A DNA stretch of 64,000 nt, from assembly GCA_964632315.1 (NCBI GenBank), contig CAZWEM010000010.1:1-64000 (forward strand), written 5' to 3'. The notes below the pieces were generated by a model that searched no databases, was not told the DNA's origin, and was given only the letters and a program-made list of their open reading frames with translations. This document shows positions 58,747-64,000 of the stretch, piece after piece (the first letter of the stretch is position 1; every line of letters begins with the position of its first letter). A program made the translations under genes and the position numbers. Source of the DNA: an uncultured archaeon (GTDB lineage Archaea > Asgardarchaeota > Lokiarchaeia > Sigyniarchaeales > SOKP01).

Positions 58747-60180
58747 TCATTTAAAGTTATTTCTTATAATAATTCCAGATGGTTTTAAAGATTCTTCAGT
58801 TATTTCATTTCCTCTCAAAAAAGTTTTCCAAATTCTAGCACTTGTTAAACGATTTGTTAAATTTGAGTTTTCAAATGGAGTGTATTTTGCTTTACTTCTA
58901 AATTCTGTTGATTTTATTTCATAATCTTTTGTTTTTTCAACGATTATCAAGTCAGCGTAATAGCCTTCTTTGATCTTTCCTTTTAATTTTAAATTAAATC
59001 TTTTTGCGGGGTTCGTAGCAGAAATTCCTACAAAAGTGCTTAAATTCATCTTCTTTTTTAACACTCTATCTAAGAGAATTAAAGTATAAGTCTCGAATCC
59101 AGGAAATCCGGAAGGAGCGCTAAAAAATGGCAGAGTCTTTTCTTGAAGTGTATGTGGGGCATGATCTGTGCCTATATATTTGATAGTTCCCTCATCCAAT
59201 TGTTTATTTAGATATAATGAATTTTCTTTGTCTCTTAACGGTGGCAAAACTTTTCCGATACAGGGATTTTTTAATTCAATATCATTACTTAAAAAAAGAT
59301 GGTGCGGTGTTACTTCAAAAGATATATCTGGTTCAAACTTGCAGAGATACATTTTTTTCCGAATGTTGTAATCAAATGACTCTTGTATTTTTTCTATACT
59401 ACTTTTACAGCTAACATGACAAAAATGAATTATTGGAAGTTTCTCTAATGGAAGTTGATTTTCATTAGCCACCTGAAAATAATTCTTTAAGATGAACTCT
59501 ATATATTTTGTCTCATTTTTACAGGGATGCATTTGATCATAGATTTTTAATTGAGTTTTTCCTTGGGAGGTTTTATTATCAAAAATCTTTTCATCTTGAC
59601 CGTGTGACCAATCAGGATGAATAAATATAGGTATACGATATAAAGATGAAATTAATAGAAGTTTTTTGATATACACCTCATTATACCAATCACAATTATT
59701 CAGAGGTTTGAGAGGATAGATTTTAAAACCAATAACACCTAGATTAATTATCTTTTTTATTTCTTCATCATCAATATCGTTAGGAACCCCTGAAATGAAT
59801 GCTACATCAACAAAAATTTTATTTTGGGTAGCTTTCATCCATTTTTCAACTTGTTTAGCTGAAATTGCAGGAGGTTTTGTATTTGGCATGTTGAAAACTG
59901 TAGTAATTCCAGAAAATGCTGCAGCTTTAGTCCCAGTTTTGAAACTTTCCTTATCAGATTGTTCCATATCTCTTAAATGAGCATGGATATCAATAATTCC
60001 AGGGAGAATTATCCTTCCTTCACAATTAATCTCAAGACCATCTAAATTTTGAGATCTAATCATCTCCTGATCAATTTTACGTTCATTGAGAGAAATTTGC
60101 TTTATTTTATCTGAATTGATTAATATACTTCCTTCTTTAAGGGAATTTCCCGTAAAGATTTTTGCGTTCTTTAGGATCAT
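58747..60180 (-). CDS. pyrC: Dihydroorotase-family amidohydrolase
   Basis: IDIHAHLRD, MPNTKP, CHVS, EVTPHHL, PPLR, TDHAPH. Confidence 0.85.
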   Translation of the reverse strand: MILKNAKIFTGNSLKEGSILINSDKIKQISLNERKIDQEMIRSQNLDGLEINCEGRIILPGIIDIHAHLRDMEQSDKESFKTGTKAAAFSGITTVFNMPNTKPPAISAKQVEKWMKATQNKIFVDVAFISGVPNDIDDEEIKKIINLGVIGFKIYPLKPLNNCDWYNEVYIKKLLLISSLYRIPIFIHPDWSHGQDEKIFDNKTSQGKTQLKIYDQMHPCKNETKYIEFILKNYFQVANENQLPLEKLPIIHFCHVSCKSSIEKIQESFDYNIRKKMYLCKFEPDISFEVTPHHLFLSNDIELKNPCIGKVLPPLRDKENSLYLNKQLDEGTIKYIGTDHAPHTLQEKTLPFFSAPSGFPGFETYTLILLDRVLKKKMNLSTFVGISATNPAKRFNLKLKGKIKEGYYADLIIVEKTKDYEIKSTEFRSKAKYTPFENSNLTNRLTSARIWKTFLRGNEITEESLKPSGIIIRNNFK

Positions 60181-60200
60181 CGGATTTTACAATGATTTAG

Positions 60201-60797
60201 TTATTCTTGTTGATCTAATTGATAATTAATATATAATATTTTGTTTTCTAATGAAAATGTTTTAGGTAGGTGAATTCGCTCAAGTTCTCCTAAATTATGT
60301 AGTGCAAGATTTTTCTCTCTTGATTCATCTAATATAATAACATCTTGGTGCGTAAAAGTGTAATTTGTATTTTTTCTCAAATTGGAATTTATATCCTCAA
60401 TTAAGAAAAATTTTTCTCCTATTTCTTGAATAGAAGTAAGAAATTGATCTAAGTTAATTGTTTTTTTAATGAAAATTCCAGGAGTCGAATTAATCCATTT
60501 ATTATAAGGGATCGCTTCCTGAATTTCTAATGCTTTTAATAGTAATATCGCTTGTGAACGTTCATCTGGACCAAGATATCGTAAATACTTTCCACTTAAT
60601 TTTATAATTAAGAGATTTTGATTTATTGCGATATAGATGCCATTTTCCTTCCTTATGGAGTATGATAGACAAAATACTTCTCTAAGACACGAGCATAATT
60701 TATAAATATCGAGGGGAGTATTACCTTCATCGATTGCTTTTTTATTAAAACTCGAGATTGTTTCAATTAAAATTAAAAACCTTACCAAATCAATCAA
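60201..60797 (-). CDS. TrmY-like (DUF358, SPOUT) protein, divergent
   Basis: F.LSYSIR, LRYLGPDERS..LLLKAL, STPGI; the C-terminal knot motif is not recognisable. Confidence 0.7.
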   Translation of the reverse strand: MIDLVRFLILIETISSFNKKAIDEGNTPLDIYKLCSCLREVFCLSYSIRKENGIYIAINQNLLIIKLSGKYLRYLGPDERSQAILLLKALEIQEAIPYNKWINSTPGIFIKKTINLDQFLTSIQEIGEKFFLIEDINSNLRKNTNYTFTHQDVIILDESREKNLALHNLGELERIHLPKTFSLENKILYINYQLDQQE

Positions 60798-60802
60798 ACT
60801 AT

Positions 60803-62173
60803 TTAAAATTTAAAATTTTTTCCAAGTTTATTAAAAAATGAGGGATCAATATTTCCTAATCCGGGCATCCCCCCCTTACCTTTTTTTTGCATTTGGAGAA
60901 ATCGTTTCATAAACTTTTTCATTTGATTGTATTGATCCAACATCCTATTAATAGTTGCGTAATCTGTTCCACTACCTATAGCAATCCTTCTTTTTCTTGA
61001 TTTCTTTATTAATTTCGGTTCTTCTTTCTCTTCTTGAGTCATTGAATTCAATACAACTTCCCATCTTTCTAAGTTTTTTTCTGCATCTTCTTTTAAAGCA
61101 TCTGGGATATTTCCCCCCCCAATCATCGAGAAAATCTGTTTTGCTCTTCCAACTTTCTTCAAGCTTTTTAGTTGAAAGTAGAGATCATCTAAAGTGAATT
61201 TTCCACGCATCATTCTCTTTACCATTTCTGGATCGGCTTCAACTTCCGCATCTTGGACTTTCTTTACTAATCCTTCAATATCAGGTATTCCTAATAAGTT
61301 TCCTACGAATTTTGACGGTTCAAATTCTTCTAATTCATCAATTTTTTCTCCTACACCAATGAATCTTATTGATTGACCCGTTGCTGCACAAGCTGAAAGC
61401 GCTCCTCCTCCCTTAGCTGTTCCATCTAATTTTGTAACAATAATACTACCTATATTTGTTGATTTTGAGAATTCTTCCGCTTGAGTATATGCTTGCTGAC
61501 CTAAACTTCCGTCTATTACTAAAATAACTTCATTTGGTTTTAGAGCATTTTCTATTTGGCTCATTTCCTTCATTAATTCTTTCTCTTCTTTGTGTCTTCC
61601 TGCAGTATCTACAAGAATAATATCATTACCTTCATTTATTGCTTTTTTCGCTTCTTTTACAGCAATTTTAACAGCATTCTTCTCGGAAGGATTCCCATAA
61701 CATTTAATACCAACTTGGCTAGATAATTGTTGCAGTTGTTCATATGCTCCAGGACGCCAAGTATCTGTTGTAACTGCCGCTACATTATAACCCTTACTTT
61801 TATAATAACGAGCCAATTTTCCAACTGTGGTCGTTTTCCCTGAACCTTGTATACCCACTAGTAGTATAATGTTATGCTTACCCGATTTTATTCTTATAGG
61901 TGATGGTTTTCCTCCAAGAGTTTTAATTAATTGATCATGAACCAACTTGATAATGAAGTCCTTTCTTTTTGCTCTTTGTAATTTGGTATTAGTTGCTTCT
62001 TTTTTTATTTTTTCAGTCATTTGAAATACTAATTCAACTTTTACATCTGCTTGAAGTAGACTGCGTTGTAAATCTTGAATTAAAGCATTAATTGCCTCTT
62101 TATCTACTTGTGGGAGCCTTCTCAATTTTCTTAAGGCATTATCAAGTGATCTTCCAAGTTGTTCTAAAACCAT
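60803..62173 (-). CDS. srp54: Signal recognition particle protein SRP54
   Basis: GIQGSGKTTT, DTAGR, TKLDGTAKGGGALS, M-domain SMT..E, RIAIGSG. Confidence 0.97.
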   Translation of the reverse strand: MVLEQLGRSLDNALRKLRRLPQVDKEAINALIQDLQRSLLQADVKVELVFQMTEKIKKEATNTKLQRAKRKDFIIKLVHDQLIKTLGGKPSPIRIKSGKHNIILLVGIQGSGKTTTVGKLARYYKSKGYNVAAVTTDTWRPGAYEQLQQLSSQVGIKCYGNPSEKNAVKIAVKEAKKAINEGNDIILVDTAGRHKEEKELMKEMSQIENALKPNEVILVIDGSLGQQAYTQAEEFSKSTNIGSIIVTKLDGTAKGGGALSACAATGQSIRFIGVGEKIDELEEFEPSKFVGNLLGIPDIEGLVKKVQDAEVEADPEMVKRMMRGKFTLDDLYFQLKSLKKVGRAKQIFSMIGGGNIPDALKEDAEKNLERWEVVLNSMTQEEKEEPKLIKKSRKRRIAIGSGTDYATINRMLDQYNQMKKFMKRFLQMQKKGKGGMPGLGNIDPSFFNKLGKNFKF

Positions 62174-62308
62174 ATTATAATCATTTTAGCGATTTGATTC
62201 TTATTATTTTTAAAAACTAATATTTTTTTTGAATGAAATAAAGATAATTATATACATAAATGAAATATCATAAAATAATCTTAATCAAACAAAAAAATTG
62301 GTTTAAAA

Positions 62309-62737
62309 ATGTCGATAAGGAAAACTGAGGTTCAGAAGCTAAAATCGGGTCAATATATGATGGTTGAAGAAGAACCGTGTATAATTAAATCAACCGAAAG
62401 AAGTAAATCTGGTAAGCATGGTCATGCAAAAGTAAGAGTTGTATGTGTTGGAGTATTTGATAATAATAAGAGATCCTTAACTATACCAAGTGGTCATATG
62501 GTTGACATCCCAGAAATCATAAAAGGAAATGCACAAATTAACTTTATTGAGGATAATTTAATTAATATAATGGACCTTGAGTCATACCATTCTTTGGATG
62601 TTAAATGGCCAACGGAACAAGAACTCGTTGAAAAATTGAAAGAGTTAAGAGCAAATCCCGCAAAGATGGCAAATTCTCAAGTCGAATATTGGCAACTTGC
62701 TGGAAAAACCTTAATAAATAGAGTAATTAGTGGATGA
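62309..62737 (+). CDS. eif5a: Translation factor a/eIF5A
   Basis: SKSGKHGHAK hypusination motif. Confidence 0.96.
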   Translation: MSIRKTEVQKLKSGQYMMVEEEPCIIKSTERSKSGKHGHAKVRVVCVGVFDNNKRSLTIPSGHMVDIPEIIKGNAQINFIEDNLINIMDLESYHSLDVKWPTEQELVEKLKELRANPAKMANSQVEYWQLAGKTLINRVISG

Positions 62738-62828
62738 GTCTCCTTTTTTTCATTAGAGATCTAAATTAATTCTTATATAAAAGTAATTTATATTTTTATT
62801 TAATTAGCATACTTAAAAGCAGAGAACG

Positions 62829-63761
62829 ATGGAGAATAAAGGCATAGCTTTAGCATGTCGGATGGATTCTGAAAGAGCGATTAATCTAACTAAGTCATTA
62901 TTTGAGTTTTTAGTGAAAAAGGGAGAAAAAGTTCATTTAGAAACACGTATAGCACCAAAGATACTGCCATATAATGCTTTAGATTTGGGAGATATGAATG
63001 CAGAAAATACGAAATTCATCATTACAGCTGGTGGAGATGGAACTGTTCTAAGAGTAGCTAGTAATCTCTCTCAAAAAGATCCACCTCCAATTTTAGGAGT
63101 AAATATTGGTTCGATTGGTTTTTTAGATGAATCAAATGAACGGACTATTTTTAAAGACATAAATAGAATTTTAAACGGTAATTATGCAGTTGAAAAATGT
63201 GCAAAGTTAACACCATATATTATAAGAGATTCAGAAGAAGTAAAGCTTAATAATGCATTAAATGAGGTATTGATAATATCCTCAAAAAATTCAAAAGTAC
63301 TCCTTATTTCAGTAAAAATCGATGGAACCTATTTAAATAGAAGTTATTTAGACGGTGTGATAATTTCAACTTCAGTTGGTAGTACAGCATATAATTTGAG
63401 TGCTGGAGGATCAATCGTAAGTCCTTCTTTAGAAGTCATGCAAATAACACCATTAAATAGCTATGCTAGATCGGGATTGAAACCACTAATATTGCCCATC
63501 ACCAGTGAAATTGAGGTAAAGTTATTGAGATCTCGATTAAATGCCAGAATAATTATTGATGGCCAGCGCACGTATAAAAAAATTCAACCAAATACAGTTA
63601 TAAAGATTCGAAAGGCAAATGCTTATACATCTTTTATTAGACTTTCAAATAACCTAACAGATAGTTATATCAAGCGATTAAGAAAAAAAATTATTGGAAC
63701 AATTAGGGTTCCTCTTGATGACAGCCCAGAATCAGAAGAAGAATTCAATTCTAATTTTTGA
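62829..63761 (+). CDS. nadK: NAD kinase
   Basis: GGDGTVL, GSIGFL, LNE, GSTAYNLSAGG, DGQ. Confidence 0.95.
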   Translation: MENKGIALACRMDSERAINLTKSLFEFLVKKGEKVHLETRIAPKILPYNALDLGDMNAENTKFIITAGGDGTVLRVASNLSQKDPPPILGVNIGSIGFLDESNERTIFKDINRILNGNYAVEKCAKLTPYIIRDSEEVKLNNALNEVLIISSKNSKVLLISVKIDGTYLNRSYLDGVIISTSVGSTAYNLSAGGSIVSPSLEVMQITPLNSYARSGLKPLILPITSEIEVKLLRSRLNARIIIDGQRTYKKIQPNTVIKIRKANAYTSFIRLSNNLTDSYIKRLRKKIIGTIRVPLDDSPESEEEFNSNF

Positions 63762-64000
63762 TACGAATATTTTTTTGATCGGAATAGATTTTAATGTCAT
63801 TCCACAAAAAATATACACCGTTCCTAAGATTTTAGAGGAACTTATGGTTGAAAAATATGCTTCTCGAAATAGAAATGTAATAAATCGAGTCAATGTGGCT
63901 ATCGATAGTGGAAACTTAATTGTAGAAGAACCTACTGATAAATATTTACTACAAGTTGAGACAAACTCTTATAAAACCGGCGATATTCGAGCTTTATCTA
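63718..64000 (+). CDS. nob1: NOB1-like PIN-domain endonuclease (runs off the window end)
   Basis: Read by hand: MTAQ..ILIFDTNIFL..IYTVPKILEEL..EEP..KTGD..LS. Confidence 0.75.
   Translation, partial: MTAQNQKKNSILIFDTNIFLIGIDFNVIPQKIYTVPKILEELMVEKYASRNRNVINRVNVAIDSGNLIVEEPTDKYLLQVETNSYKTGDIRALS

Noticed and set aside
187-61376. Many short antisense or overlapping ORFs in the ORF track (e.g. 2652-2885, 7115-7447, 11168-11476, 19461-19748, 53359-53682)
   Set aside because: Shadow ORFs of well-supported genes, with no motifs.
1-64000. Mobile elements, CRISPR arrays, rRNA genes
   Set aside because: No transposase or integrase, terminal repeats, repeat-spacer arrays or rRNA-like sequence seen.

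Overview
AT-rich archaeal chromosomal segment, almost certainly Asgard (Lokiarchaeia-like): it encodes a Lokiactin-type actin, a Rab-like GTPase, Roadblock and longin-like proteins and an LRR protein, alongside PAN, RpoK, Hef, SRP54, eIF5A and NOB1. Main blocks: three tandem paralogous Cys-rich microproteins; a 12.7-kb hdrCBA-mvhD-flxCBA-frhB electron-bifurcation cluster; an ABC importer followed by DUF47/PiT genes; purine and NAD biosynthesis genes; a FGGY kinase/SCP2/dehydrogenase-aldolase cluster. The most notable signal is tRNA-type (bulge-helix-bulge, BHB) micro-introns inside protein-coding genes. A 32-nt insert splits the P-loop of the small GTPase (26067-26098) and a 31-nt insert splits the HPHPxxGGxM motif of an alpha/beta hydrolase (46902-46932, minus strand). 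Removing each at its predicted BHB cut sites restores frame and motif. Both resemble the 30-nt non-canonical intron in the T-loop of tRNA-Val(CAC) in the same window. All product calls come from motif recognition by eye; no database searches were run.
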